The translations under genes were made by a program, and so were the position numbers. Of a DNA stretch of 64,000 bases, positions 36,933 to 50,663 are shown one piece after another. Position 1 is the stretch's first letter; each line of letters begins with the position of its first letter. Location: positions 2,728,001 through 2,792,000 of the forward strand of contig NC_135766.1 in the NCBI RefSeq assembly GCF_052425735.1. Direction: 5' to 3'. A model generated the notes under the pieces. The model was not told where the DNA came from. It saw nothing but the letters and a program-made list of their open reading frames with translations, and ran no database searches. Source of the stretch: Oculina patagonica (taxonomy: Eukaryota).

Positions 36933-39900
36933 ATGGTCATTAAGCAACTCGTTCACATCTCAGTTCTATTTGTCCTTTGTCAAATATATGGAACAGCTAC
37001 TCAGCAATGCACAGAAGCCGAATACTCCAAATTTGGCATGATGTTACGGGAACACATCTTCAAGAAGATCACGGGGGTTTCACTTAGTGGTTTGTGCTTG
37101 GTGGATTGCTACCAAGATGTAAGATGCCAAAGTTTTAATTACGTCATTTCCCAGTACATTTGTGAATTGAACAACCGAACCAAGGAAGCCAGACCTGAAG
37201 ATTACGTTCCTGACCCTGACAGATTGTATTTTCGACGCGACATGAATAGAGGTGAGTTTACATATCAAACGCCGAGAAATGCAGCAAAGCAACGTAAACA
37301 AGTCATAATGTCTTGTTACTTTTCAGTACCCCTCGGTTCCATTCCTGAACTGCCCGCCGAAACGTGTAAAGAAATCAAGGCGAGTGAAGGCGGACAAGCG
37401 GTCAGCGGCAAATACTGGTTTGATTCTATTATACCTGGGCAGACGGTGTTCGCACACTGTGACATGAAGACAGAAGGTATCTTTAATGATACATGAATGA
37501 TTATTTCATTTACAATTGTGACATGTTACGTGCGAAATACAAATTTATTTTGACTTTATTAAGGCTTGAAACGAAAATGAGGATAAAAAAATAGCAAGTG
37601 AATATTAAAAGAATATGTTGTACAGTATAAGGGCAAGTACCCTTAGATTCATTTGCATTGTTTTTTTTTTGTGTATTGATGGTGTTTTGTTTTGTTAATA
37701 TCCACGCCATCGATGTCATACAGTGCGACCTTGACATACTGAAGGGCCAAGGAACTTGCAAAATTTGTTCGCTACAACGTAGTTTCCTCATATAGGGGTT
37801 CGTGTTGGTTTTGTTGGATTACGAAGCCACGTTACCAAGAATTTAAGATTTTGAATTTTGTTTACAGACATCGATGAATGCAGTGCTTCTATCCCCGTCT
37901 GTGATGTCAATGCCATTTGCAAGAATACCCGTGGATCATATCGGTGTTCCTGTAAAGCTGGATTTACCGGTGATGGGAAATCATGCACTGGTAAGAGAAA
38001 ACAAAAACATTATTTATCAATGACGTAACCCTTGCAAGTCAGGGCATGTTTGTCCATCAGATTTCAGAAATCCTATAGATGACACAGCTCCAAAAATAAA
38101 TAACGCTAAAAAGTCGAACATTTCACACTTAACATGCTAAGTTTAGACCAGAGGATTTGTTCAGTTTCCGTTTGTAGCAGGTTTAAACCTTTCAGAGCAT
38201 TGCGTGATTTTTTGCCGATCAGTGCCTTGTGAAGGTAAAAATTTGCTAACGCCAGCACATTCCAGGACACAAACGTAATGTAAATAAATGTAAATTCTTG
38301 CCCGCTGAAGCGTATTTTTTTAAAGCGTGAAATTTTAGTATTCTCTTTGATTCAAACGCTTCAAAATACTTCACACTGAATTTTGTAAGTAAAGATTAAT
38401 GGCTTCGCAAAGATTTGAACGGTAGCTGATAATAGCTTTGAAAAATTACGTGACTCGAGGTCTAGCCGATCGAAAGTGAAACTTGTCATGTCAGCACATT
38501 CTTTTACAGCAACGTAATGGTATTTATTCACAGATTCTGGCCCGCTGAAATATATTTTTCTTTCGACGCATGAAAATTTAGAATTTCCTTTGAATAAAAC
38601 GCTTCAAAATCGAATATTTCACACTAAACATTCTTTGTAAAGACAAAAAAATAAGAAAATGTTTCCATTTGTTACTGATTTGTAGCTTCTAAACATCGCG
38701 TGACATGAGCCTGACCGAGTGGAGGTTTGGTACAGGTCACCGACAAAACGAAAAATAACAAGAGCTCTCAGAGCTTAAAACTGCGCTGGTCACGTGACCA
38801 CCCTAGGAGAGCCATGTGGGGGAAATAAAAAATGACCCCCCTCCCCCCATCCCCTTTACCCGCGTCACGTCAAAAAATGTCGCGACTGACAAACAAAATG
38901 GTAAGAAAACACCTTGTGTGACATTTCATGGTTGACTAGTTCCATCCGCAATTAACACTCGAAATATTCCGCCGCGGATAGTATTTTCAAATTCCTTTTC
39001 AGCGTTTGGACATGTGACTAAACACCGTCTCTCCAATTCTTTCTTGTATAATTATCTTTTATAGGTTTTGTTTAGAAGTGCTTTATTACATTTTATTATA
39101 ACGTATATTCATATAACGCAGGAATTGCGAAACATCGGGATGGATAGTATACATCATTCTCTGGCTACAACCTCTACATGTTTAACTATGATTAACACTT
39201 GAAACTATTGGATTCCTTAGAGAACTAATATTAATCTAATTAAATCGTATGTTCCCCTTCTCTGCGGTTCTGAACATAATAATAGTTCATTTACAATTAG
39301 TAACTTTTGAAATGCTTTTATGTACATATTATTAATTTAACAGCACCACTGGTGACGGCGACGAGCTCCTGTGCAAATTTGTTGGTGCATCAGACTAAAA
39401 CAAGTGGAATAATTCAGACGGGTGATTATTTGCGCTACGGTGAAAATATGGATTGCCGATGGAATATATCCTCGAATGTGATGCTGGAATTAGTCTTCCT
39501 TCGAATGGATACCTACAATTCCAACGATTACCTACTTGTGTACGATGGCGGGTCATCGTCCTCTACTCTGATTGGCACATTTAGCGGATCTAGTCTTCCT
39601 GCACCCATAACAAGCTCAACTAATAAACTCTATGCGAAATTCATATCTGATGCTTCAAACACCCGGGAAGGAATTCTTGCGCGCTACCAAGGTAAGATGC
39701 ACATACAATTATAAATTCACCATAAAAGGGAGTATGTGAGCTTGGGGGTAGGGAGGGGGGAGGACTGGGGGAGCGTTGAAGGCAAAGCCTTTGGAGAATG
39801 TCGAGAATTCTCTGTCGCAAGACTTCGGCAATAATAGAATATTTCCTCATGTACTCGAGCGTGAAAGCAAAGAACCAGCAATTGATGAATTGCTATTACC

Positions 39901-42287
39901 CCCTCTCTAACACGTGCACAGGAGTGGGAGAAGGAGAACCTTATGGGAAAATTGCGAAAACATGGTAGGCATCCACCTCATTAGTAAGTAGTTCTGATTC
40001 AGCACTGTTATTGTATCCTAGAGTCAGTATCAAATTTATAGTTTCCGCACTTTTGGAGGATATGTCGGAATCAACACAGGATTTGCCTTTGTGTACAATC
40101 ATTTTGCTACTCTTTTTTTATAATTTTAGTTAAGCTAATTTTATAATAAAAGGGACCATGTCACCTGGTGTAAAATGATATTGTTTCGCAGTGTAATATA
40201 ATAAGGAACAGGACGCGATAGCAATTTCAGCGCCACGGGATGTGATAATTACGATAGACATTCGAAACAACGACTTCGAATAACTTCGCTAAATGGCGTC
40301 GGAATGGCTTCAAATTCGGCACAAGACACAAGTAAGCGACACATTTGAGGTAGGTTAACTTTATTTCAAAATAGATAGTTATTTACCCGATTTTAGAGAA
40401 TCCGTGATTTTCCCATACATTTCTCTATATACACAAGCTGTCGCATACACCACGTATGTAGAGTCGGCCGCCCGAAGGGCTCTAAAAACACATCAAAAAG
40501 ACGACTTTTGAGCTTGGGAAGCCTGTGTTCCAATAATAAAAGAAATAGTAACATAGTTTTATTTATTTGCAAGTTCAGTTTGGACTGAGAAGACGTTAGA
40601 AGTAAAGTCTTACTCTATAATTGTGTAATAATTCAGCTAGAAAGCATTTTGTTTTCAGCGGACGAAGGCAACATGCACTAACAAATTTACAGTTTAATTT
40701 AGAAATTATACTTCACTTTTAACTTTACTAGAACGTCTTTTAACGTCTTTTTACTTCAAACGTCTTTTCAGTTCAAACTGAAACAAACAAATAAAACTAT
40801 GTTATATTTCTTTTATTATTGGAAATTAATTTTGTCAAGTTTAATTCGATGCGACCCTGAGAGCAACAGTTTTTTTTTCTAAAAGAGGAAAAGCCATTTC
40901 GAACGCCATAAGCTCAACTATATCGCTACTCTCATGTTCGCATGCCTACCCAAACAGCTCAATATTATTATTTGTAATGACCGTGTTAGACACATGTTTT
41001 CCAGAAATTGGTCAATCGACTCGAATCACTGCGACGCCAAGTTAAACAAAAATTATCCCTGGTATTTGAACTGTATGCTGAATAGGGCATGAAGTCTGAA
41101 CGATCAGATAAAAACTCTACAATGTTAGAATTAGAACGGATGTGTACGTGTTTCGAGCGAAAAAAAAGCGAAGATACATGTAGAATAACGCAACACTGCG
41201 AAGTGTTAAATCTCTCGCCGAGTTTCTAAAACCATTACCAGCAAACGGCTGATCTCTCCTCCACAATTGATCCTTTCAGCGACCCCAAATGATTGGCAAA
41301 ATATGGAGTCTATCCAAATTTCCTGATAGCGCCTTTGCAAGACCTCGAGTTTTAAGGTATTATTATTGCAAAACATTTTAAGTCCGCTCTCAGTTCGATG
41401 GCTGCCACGCGTAGGCATACAAACTGCTAACAAAATATCCTCTAAAAAGCAAAAAAATACTGAAAAATAACTCAGCAAAAAAGGTTCTGCCAATGATTAA
41501 GAAAAATGAAAACAAATACGTAAACAAACTTCGCAAAGATGGATGAGATATAACTCGATGGCAACTTAGGTATTCACAACAAGGGTTTTAATTAGTTATA
41601 AGTAGATTTGTACGTACTTGATTAGCTTATGCATGTACTTTTTTGTCTTAATCATTAGCCATTGCGAGTGGCAGCATCCGTCTAAATGGTAGTACGCCAA
41701 CAACTGGAAGAGTCGAAGTCTACTATGATGGTCAGTGGGGCACAGTTTGCGATAACGCCTGGGATATAAATGACGCCAACGTGGTGTGCAGGCAGCTTGG
41801 TTACCAACAAGCTTCTCGAGCTTTTCGCGGCGCCACTCACGGTCAAGGAACTGGTCCGATATGGATGGATGATGTGGCATGTTCAGGAAGCGAGTCGCAC
41901 ATTTACGACTGTAGGCACCGTGGATGGGGAAACAATGATTGTACTCATAACCAAGACGCCAGTGTAGAGTGCTCTGCTGTCCGTTTAGTAAATGGCGGAG
42001 CTAACTATGGCCGTGTGGAGGTTAGCTTGAATGGGATCTGGGGCACAGTGTGTGATGATGGTTGGAATATAAAAGAAGCAAATGTGGTGTGTCGTCAGCT
42101 GGGCTTCTCCAGCGCATCCTCCGCTCCTGGACAAGCAACAAACGGCCAAGGATCGGGCTATATCTGGATGGACGATGTCAACTGTCAAGGAGGAGAGGAT
42201 TCGATATTTGACTGCGCTTATGTGCCATCATGGTCAAACTACAACTGTCGTCACAGCGAAGACGCCAGTGTCGTATGTAACACTTAA
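36933..42287 (+). CDS. Gene 2: secreted SP-PAN-fibrinogen/COLFI-like-cbEGF-CUB-SRCR-SRCR protein, join(36933..37251,37327..37476,37868..37990,39344..39691,41659..42287), 522 aa
   Basis: All introns are GT-AG and phase 1. The exons sum to 1569 nt with no internal stop. Hydrophobic N-terminus; PAN (CLVDC..CQSFNY..CELN); [18 protein letters not shown]; DIDEC EGF; CUB; two SRCR; no TM segment. Confidence 0.9.
41206..41608. mobile_element. ~400-bp unclassified insertion in the last intron of gene 2
   Basis: Absent at the paralogous position (about 30207); only short AAATCT/AGATTT ends. Confidence 0.5.
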
Positions 42288-44011
42288 ATGGCAATAAACA
42301 ATAACAACGATGATAACGTCTGAGTTTCGTAACTACTTTGTGAACTTGTAAAGACAAGAACTGTAGCAAATACCCCCTTAATTAAGATAATGTTTCGCGT
42401 GATCAGTGAGTCACAGCAGTTGTATTAATGGAAACTGTGTTGATTATAGCTCAATGATAATTGTAACAACCTTGCTTACTAACAGTATGTAGTAAGCCCG
42501 ATAATGCGATATTTTAAGAGCGGGTTCAGAAAATGATCTGAAAGGGCAATCGATAAGGTACGCGTTAGCGAAAGTTCGAGTTATGGCGGGCTCGAGTTAT
42601 TATTCAACTGTATACAGCTATTTCAAATAACGTTGTCAGATCAAAACTTTAAACTTAAAAGCAAGACCGAATTGGGGGCTGGGTATTCACTGGAACTTTG
42701 CATATAAGCCTTTAGGAACTGTACAAGTTTTTATTTCTGCACGTGAAGGTTTCACGAATTTGTTTAATTTCTCAGGAAGCTTTTTCTGTAGCTTCCTTTC
42801 ACTGTCAAGTAGCTTCGAGTTATTAAATTTCTTCTAAAATTTAGTGTGGCTAAAAGTACCTTTTTTCCATATGTCTGCAGAGAAAGAAATGGTGTAAATT
42901 CGCGTTTGTCATGTCATCATATCTATTAGTAATCAGCACGTGCAGTTGTTCGCTTCTTCGTTCCCTACTACCATTCGTCTTGTCTTTAAGCTTTGGTCGG
43001 GACAACATTAACTGAAATAGCTGTAATGTTCATATGACAAAATGTTTTTTCTTTGTAGCTATTTGCCGGTATAATTATTATCTCACCTCCAGCGGTTTTT
43101 CTCGGTGGCGGAGGAACACCTCGGCGTTCCTTCCTCATCCCGAAACTCAAGAGCAGTTGATATTTCCGGTGAGGAAACGTTCAGAGTTAACGCAAAACTC
43201 CAATCAATTTTTATTACCAGTAAACATATCTCCAGGGAAACATGTTTTATTACTTTACTTTAATTTTTTTCACTAAGCAATCTGAAACAGAGTCCACCAA
43301 TGAAAGGATGTAGAATCTGTTATAGAGCAAAACATTAGTTAAAAACTAAGAAGTCTGAAGCACTAAAAAAACAAAGTTAAAATCAGTGATTTATGTTAAT
43401 TTTGATTAAATGCGGCATCGTTCCCTTGAGATATGTTTACTCAAGAGGCAAATAGTTCCTTTTGTTGATTATTTTGATTTCGCTCAGTGAGATTTCATTG
43501 ACAACTTATGTAATAGAACACTCAGTAATGTAACCTATTAAAATGATACTTTAAAAACTAAAATGTGGTCCTTTGATGTAATACAAAAAAGTTGTAACAC
43601 GGCGTGAACGTTAACGTGAACGTTAACCCTCAGACGTACACACACATTCATACCTACACTGTGGTACAAGGAAAGAAGTCGAAAAGGAGGCATGGCGAGG
43701 GTGGGCGTTGGCGGACCATTCCTTAGGTTAAGGCACACTTTTTTCTTTTCCGATCCGTTTAAGTGTTTTGATGTGCAATGTCTCCTTGAATAACAACATA
43801 TTCCAATAAGGTTCACTGTCAAGTGAAGAGGCGTTGTTGCAAATATTTTCCAGATAGAAACCATCAGTGTTGTATTCTGCCACCTAAACAACTGTCCAAA
43901 ACGAGCTGAGCGGAATTTTACACTGGCGGATTGAAAACAAGCCGCAAAGTATTCTAATTTAAATAATCTCCCATCTTTCCTACATTATCCCTGTCTTTTA
44001 TTCTATATCTT

Positions 44012-44272
44012 AAGCCCGGGCCAAAAGAGGATGAGAGTTGATGAGAGTTCAAACTCTCACATCTGTTTGGCATGGAACTCTCATGCACTCTCATCGACTC
44101 TCATCACGCGCTCCCTTGCGCTCTCATCGACTTTGAACGTGTTCAAAATTTTCATGGGAGTCGATGCGAGTTTTCTCTCGTTTGGCCCGAGTTGACGATA
44201 GTCGATGAAAGTTGACGCAAACTCTCATGAGAGTCAGTTCTCTTCAACTTTCATCCTCGTTTGGCCCGGGTT
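44012..44272. mobile_element. MITE (possibly Harbinger-like)
   Basis: AAGCCCGGGCCAAA.GAGGATGA.AGTTGA / TCAACTTTCATCCTCGTTTGGCCCGGGTT, with internal ctctcat repeats. Confidence 0.7.
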
Positions 44273-44760
44273 TTTTGGAGGTTTTGCAATAAAACCAAAA
44301 TATTGTTCGTTTCTCCTGGCCTGAATATCTTGTCATGAGTCAACTCTGACTTCTTTTAAAATTATTCGAGCACTATAACTTTCCATGTTTCTTGAAGGCG
44401 GCAAATTGTTAAAAATTTAGCCCTTAAGTTCTAGTTAATTTCACAGCTCAATGGAATTTTCTTTTCGGAAGTCTAAAATCTTTCTTATATTGCGTTACAC
44501 GCTGCGTCATTTTCAGGACCTGTACTCACATCGACCACAACTTTCGACATATCAGGGTGCGATAGTTCTCTCTGTTATTGTTTAAACCGGCACAGACATC
44601 TCAATGTCTTTTTCATGTCATATGTTGGAAATAAGGACTCTCCTTACTAGTCTCCATGTAATTCTTGTAATACCGGTTGGGAGAATTTGGAAATAATCTA
44701 AAAAACATCAATTTAATTGCTGATCGGATACTTAATTCTTAATGTTCTGTATCTTTGGTT

Positions 44761-45325
44761 ATTGGCCGTTCCGAGGTTGCGCAGGGAACTGGGGCGAGTT
44801 TCAAATTTCAAGTAATCGATAATCTGACACCACAACATGAAAGATCGCCATGAGGTTGGTGATTTGACCAAGTTTGATACTTTCAGGATGCACAGAAACG
44901 AAGTTATGGACCTTGAATCATGGTTAAAAATCCATACAAACGTCTCTAATCGTAAGCCTGCGTCCCCCAAAACCATAAAAACTCTTAAAATTTTTATCCG
45001 TTTTGTGACAGCTGTAAAATCCTGCCAAAGACCCATTATTTGAAAGAAACTAAGTTGAAAATCACTATGTTTGCCCGTTTTAAAGAGTATCACAAAAATC
45101 ATAAAAAATTTAAGAGTTTATATGGTTTTGGGGGACGCTGTCTCAAAATAAGAGACGTTTGTATGGATATTTAACCATGTTTCAAGGCCAATGTTCATCC
45201 TAAAAGCGTCAAACTTGGTAAAATAACCAATCTCACCGAGTTCTTTTATGTGGTGGTGTCAGATTATCGATTACTTGAAATTTGAAACTCGCCCCAGTTC
45301 CCTGCGCAACCTCGGAACGGCCAAT
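44761..45325. mobile_element. Foldback MITE, almost entirely palindromic
   Basis: ATTGGCCGTTCCGAGGTTGCGCAGGGAACTGGGGCGAG.. is mirrored at 45325; complementarity extends about 250 bp inward. Confidence 0.85.
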
Positions 45326-46069
45326 ACATTGGTGTTATAGAGAGAATTAAGAAGTTGGTCCCCGGAGAATGTTTTTTTTTTTAATTTCCTCTTCCATTTA
45401 CATATGGCGATAATTTGCAAGAGGCCATTAATTTAAAGGTTTCTATTATGTGTTTTAGATAGCACGCGAGCTCTGAATGGTCAATTTTACAGGTGTTATA
45501 TATATTGCACAATATGATCGCTTTCCGCTCTCTCCCCGCTCTCCAGAGCGAAATATCTACAAACATTCATTAACCTTATTTGTGTTGTTGTGTTTAGCCC
45601 AACAGCAACATCAAAAGAAAAGCCTTGTTGAATGGGGAACGTTTAATGAGCAGCCAGCGGTTCTGTACTTGAAATATGAAACTTGTCCATTCTTGCCGTC
45701 TTCTGCAAAACAACAACGTGAAATGACGGCCAATTTTTGCGTATTTTGGCATGAAACCATGGCAGCTTACTGATCAGCTAAAAACAGTTTTCAAACTAAT
45801 AGATGCACGAAATATATCACGATAATCGCCAATTTCTTTAGTAAAATATTGATCATTTTTTTTAAAAACCTACCGCTTTTGAACGTGAGACTGCAGTATC
45901 TCAAATGGACATCACATGGGAAATTTTGCAGTGCGCACGTTTCTCGCTCGGCTGAAGTGAGTTCCTCCACGTTTCTGTAGACAAAATGATCGATTAATGC
46001 AGTTGCGTTGCACAAAAATGGCAGGTATCTACGAAATAAGTTCCCTCTAATTACCGAGAGTTAAATAAA

Positions 46070-48857
46070 TGTGACCTCTCACGCGAAAACGTTCCTTAGG
46101 ACTTGCCGTTTTGACACGGATAGCCGCGCGTTTGCCGTTCAGTAGCCGTGTGCACGGATAGGGATGTCGTTTGAGCCGTGTAAGCTATCCGTGTTACATA
46201 AATTAAGGGCCGTTTGTGCCGTGTGACCGTTCCGTGTAAAAAAAAATTGTCAGCCGTTTGAGCCGTGTGACCGTTCCGTGTGAAGAAATTGACTAACCGT
46301 TCGAGCCGTGCAGCCGTTCCGTGTAAAGAAATTTACTAGCCGTTCGAGCCGTGTAGCCGTTCCGTGTGAAGGAATTTACTAGCCGTTCGAGCCGTGTAGC
46401 CGTTCCGTGTGAAGAAATTTACTAGCCGTTCAAGCCGTGTAGCCGTTCCGTGTGAAGAAATTTACTAGCCGTTCAACCGTTCCATACAAAGAAAACTTTT
46501 AGCCGCTCGAGCAGCAAAAGCTATCCGTTTAAAGTTTCGTCAGCCCTTGAAGCGGCTCAAGCTACACGCTACAAATACAAGAAAGTTGACAGACGTTCAA
46601 ATGGCATGAGCTAAAAACTGCACCTTAGTAAATGTGATGTTTTTTTTCTCTGCTCTTGAAATATCTTCGCTTTTATAACATTCGATCATCGAAAAAAAAA
46701 ATTATCTAAGACTAAAAACTAAGTTCAATTCAACGAGTCTTGACGGAATGCAAATTTCGAGCGCTTCTGATTTGAGATCTAAGATAAGTCAGATAAATAT
46801 TACCTCGTGTTACGTTGGAATACACTGTCGACCCGTTGCTGCGAACATGCTCTCTCGCTGAAAAAAAGCGAACAGCTTTGCTTTTTCAGTTTGTTAACCC
46901 CCATCACCATCCGACTTTTTCTTATTCGAATGAAAATTTTTAATCCACAGGTTTAAACAATGGCGGCCTTCTTTTACTAGATTTTGTGACGCGCGTAGAA
47001 GCAAGAAAAAAGAAAAACTTAGAGAAAAAATTCTGCTTGAATGCTTTGACTTTGAAATGATTTCGCAGCGCGGGACAGTTAAACAATAGCGGCCTTCTTT
47101 TACTAAATTTTGTGACGCGCGTAAAAGGATAAAAACGAAAAACTTTGAGAAAAATATCTGCTTCAATGCTTTGACTATGAAATGATTTCTCAGCGCAGGA
47201 CAGTTGAACAATGGCGGCCTTCTTCTACTAAATTTTGTGACTCGCGTAGAAGCATAAAAGCGCAAAACTTAAAGAAAAAATATCTGCTTCAATGCTTTGA
47301 CTATGAAATGATTTCTCAGCGCAGGACAGTTGAACAATGGCGGCCTTCTTCTACTAAATTTTGTGACTTGCGTAAAAGGATAAAAACGAAAAACTTCGAG
47401 AAAAAATTCTGCTTGAATGCTTTGACTGTGAAATGATTTCGCAGTGCGGGACAGTTACACAATGGCGGCCTTCCTTTACTAAATTTTGTGACACGCGTAA
47501 AAGGATAAAAACGAAAAACTTCGAGAAAAATTTATGCTTGAATGCTTTGACTGTGAAATGATTTCGCAGTGCGGGACAGTTACACAATGGCGGCCTTCTT
47601 TTACTAAATTTTGTGACGCGCGTAAAAGGATAAAAACGAAAAACTTTCAGAAAAATATCTGCTTCAATGCTTTGACTATGAAATGATTTCTCAGCGCAGG
47701 ACAGTTGAACAATGGCGGCCTTCTTTTACTAAATTTTGTGACGCGCGTAGAAGCAAGAAAAAAGAAAAACTTAAAGAAAAAATTCTGCTTGAATGCTTTG
47801 ACTTTGAAATGATTTCGCAGCGCGGGACAGTTAAACAATAGCGGCCTTCTTTTACTAAATTTTGTGACACGCGTAAAAGGATAAAAACGAAAAACTTTGA
47901 GAAAAATATCTGCTTCAATGCTTTGACTATGAAATGATTTCTCAGCGCAGGACAGTTGAACAATGGCGGCCTTCTTCTACTAAATTTTGTGACTCGCGTA
48001 GAAGCATAAAAGCGAAAAACTAAGAGAAAGAATTCTGCTTGAATGCTTTGACTTTGAAATGATTTCGCAGTGCGGGACAGTTAAACAATGGCGGCCTTCA
48101 TTTACTAGATTTTGTGACGCGCGTAGAAGCAAGAAAAAAGAAAAACTTAGAGAAAAAATTCTGCTTGAATGCTTTGACTTTGAAATGATTTCGCAGCGCG
48201 GGACAGTTAAACAATAGCGGCCTTCTATATATTGCTTTTACTAAATTTTGTGACGCGCGTAAAAGGATAAAAACGAAAAACTTTGAGAAAAATATCTGCT
48301 TCAATGCTTGGACTATGAAATGATTTCTCAGCAAGTGATCGCAATTCAGACGTCTGTTGTTTTTTTTCGGCCAAAAAAAAAAACAAACAAACAAAGAAAT
48401 TTCCTATTCCTCTCAAAAGACTGAGGTATTCGATACAGTTTAAGGTTAATTCAAAGTTTTGATTCAAATTGCAGATTAGAAGAACAATTCGATTTTATGT
48501 AATCAGTGTTATTGTATTACGACTGTTTTGCGATAATATTATTCGGAGCAGTTCGAAAGAGGAGTTTTGCTATTTTGTTATGAATGAAGCCGTTTAAACT
48601 TTTTTCATCCGCGCGGCCGTTCGACATCATCCGTGTGAAGAAAATTTACATCCGTGTAGCCGTTCGACTTCATCCGTGTGAAGAAAATTTACATCCGTGC
48701 AGCCGTTCGACTTCATCCGTGTGAAGAAAATTTACATCCGTGTAGCCGTTTGACTTCATCCGTGCGAAAAAAAAATTACATCCGTGTAGCCGTTTAACTT
48801 CATCCGTGTAACAAAAATTTACATCCGTGTAGCCGTTCGACTTCATCCGTACTAGTG
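46070..48857. repeat. Composite repeat insertion: 43-bp array (~46210-46500), 125/126-bp satellite (~46950-48330, ~11 units), 43-bp array (~48615-48850)
   Basis: Periods were measured between recurring anchors (46338/46381; 47161/47287; 48658/48701). The block is absent from the paralogous flank near 35240. The right end reads TAGTG (CACTA on the minus strand). Confidence 0.85.
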
Positions 48858-50663
48858 ACTACACTGTGTTACTCTGAACGTATCAACAACAAATAAACCA
48901 ACACTTATAACCTATCGCTAGCATGACAGGAAATTACCTTTTTATAAGATCTACGTAGAATTCACCACACAGTAACTTGAATACTTTTCGCGGTTAAAAA
49001 AAGTAATTTTTAATAAACTTCTAGTAAGAGAAGCAACTGATAAAACTGTTTAGAAACGAAGCAAACATCCTTCAAATTCCATCAGTGGATTAAATTGTCT
49101 AATATCTTAAATTTACGATTCACAAGTTAGTTGTCATCGAAATTCCCAATCATTCTTTGTATTTGCAATACGTTTTCCCCAATTTAAATTAAATTGGTGG
49201 ATTTCGCTGCGAAACGTTTGATTCAATGTTGCACAATAAGAAAATATTACTTTGAATTTTAAACTTTGTTTAAATTTAACTGAAAATCTCGAAACAAAAA
49301 CAAACAAACAAACAAAAACACAAATAAAAAAACGTGTTTCATGAAGAAAGGTGTCCTTTTCCATCCTCCTATTTATTTAAAGGTCATTCATCTCAAGGTC
49401 ATGCTAATTTTATATTATTTGAACCTCATATAAATGGCAAGACACAAAAATCGCTGTTTCCGACATTTATACCTTGAACTGCACCGCAAGCTCAATCGCT
49501 AAATTTAAAACTGTTTTTTCTTGAAATCTTCAGTTTTCGTGCTTGAAATTAAATTGAAAAAACAAATGATAAAAAACAACAATATATTGACTGATCTTTA
49601 TTGGCAAGGATACTGTATCATTACACACGTTTTATACTCACTCGTGTTAAAAACGAATTTTGTTGTAATTTATTGCACTGCTAACTACACATAACTGATT
49701 CGCCGATAAGCACTTTTTCAAACGATGTCATCCCAATAAGTTGCTTTTCACTCATTTAAAAATTCAATTCATTTAAATTTAATTTATGGATGATATAGTT
49801 CATAGTCTTAGTCATATAAACAATTCCTGTTGACATCCACTGACGACAAACATACTGTTGACGTTATAGCCTGTTTACCTGTGTAATGACACGAAACCCC
49901 AATTAACAGTCGATCGAGGTACCTGTTACTGAAATAAATGGAATCGACTCTTCCAATTCCAATCAATATAACACTTGCATAGTGAAGAAACGTGCGATAT
50001 AAACAAGCGTCACTAGCGTTTTGAAGACATTTTATCTTGGGAATTCCATTGGTCAGTCTTGGATAGAGTTTTCTGGACTTTTTCTTAAGTTGAAAGAAGT
50101 GTTGAGTTACTTTAGTATCTGGAGGAGAAATTTATCAATATCTGGTAAGATAGGCTTTCCCTTTTTGCTTGTTTCTTGTTATTTTTTATTATTATTTTGT
50201 TTTGTTTTGTTTTTACTTCGTTTTTTTTTTCATTCAAGCCCTTTTGTTCGCAATGGCCAGCACATGTCTATTTGAAAACTTTAGGCGAGTACATTGAGAG
50301 TGCTTCTAAAGTACATTTAGAACTTAAATCTTTTAGAAATTCCTTCAAGCTATCGATTATTAGATTAAAACTTGCATAAGTCTTTTCATGAAAGGAATAA
50401 GGCACTTCAACAACACCGTACGTTAGATAAAATGAAAACCAAGTATTAATCCATTTAAATTCATTTATAGTGAGAGTATAATACTGCATAGGCCAACGTG
50501 TCCTATACTGCCTCAGCTTATCATTGTTCCAGTTGTGCAAAGTACCAGGCAGCATTTCTACTAAAGAAAGAAGGTTAATAATGCCACTTAATATTTTAAT
50601 TTTAGTGAGGGGAACCAAAATGGTCACTAAGAAACTCGTTCACATCCCAATTCTACTTGTCCT

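Noticed and set aside
36933-37496. 187-aa single-exon gene as given by the ORF track
   Set aside because: It reads through a canonical 75-nt GT-AG intron and past a donor at 37476; the spliced model continues in phase to EGF.
46894-48467. Family of similar F/K-rich ORFs
   Set aside because: These are translations of the 125/126-bp satellite.
46210-48850. CRISPR-like regularly spaced repeats
   Set aside because: The units are contiguous tandem repeats with no unique spacers, there are no cas genes, and the context is eukaryotic.
50039-50048. Possible NF-kB site GGGAATTCCA
   Set aside because: Not conserved at the matching position of intact gene 2 (GGGACTGCCA); a single short match is expected by chance.
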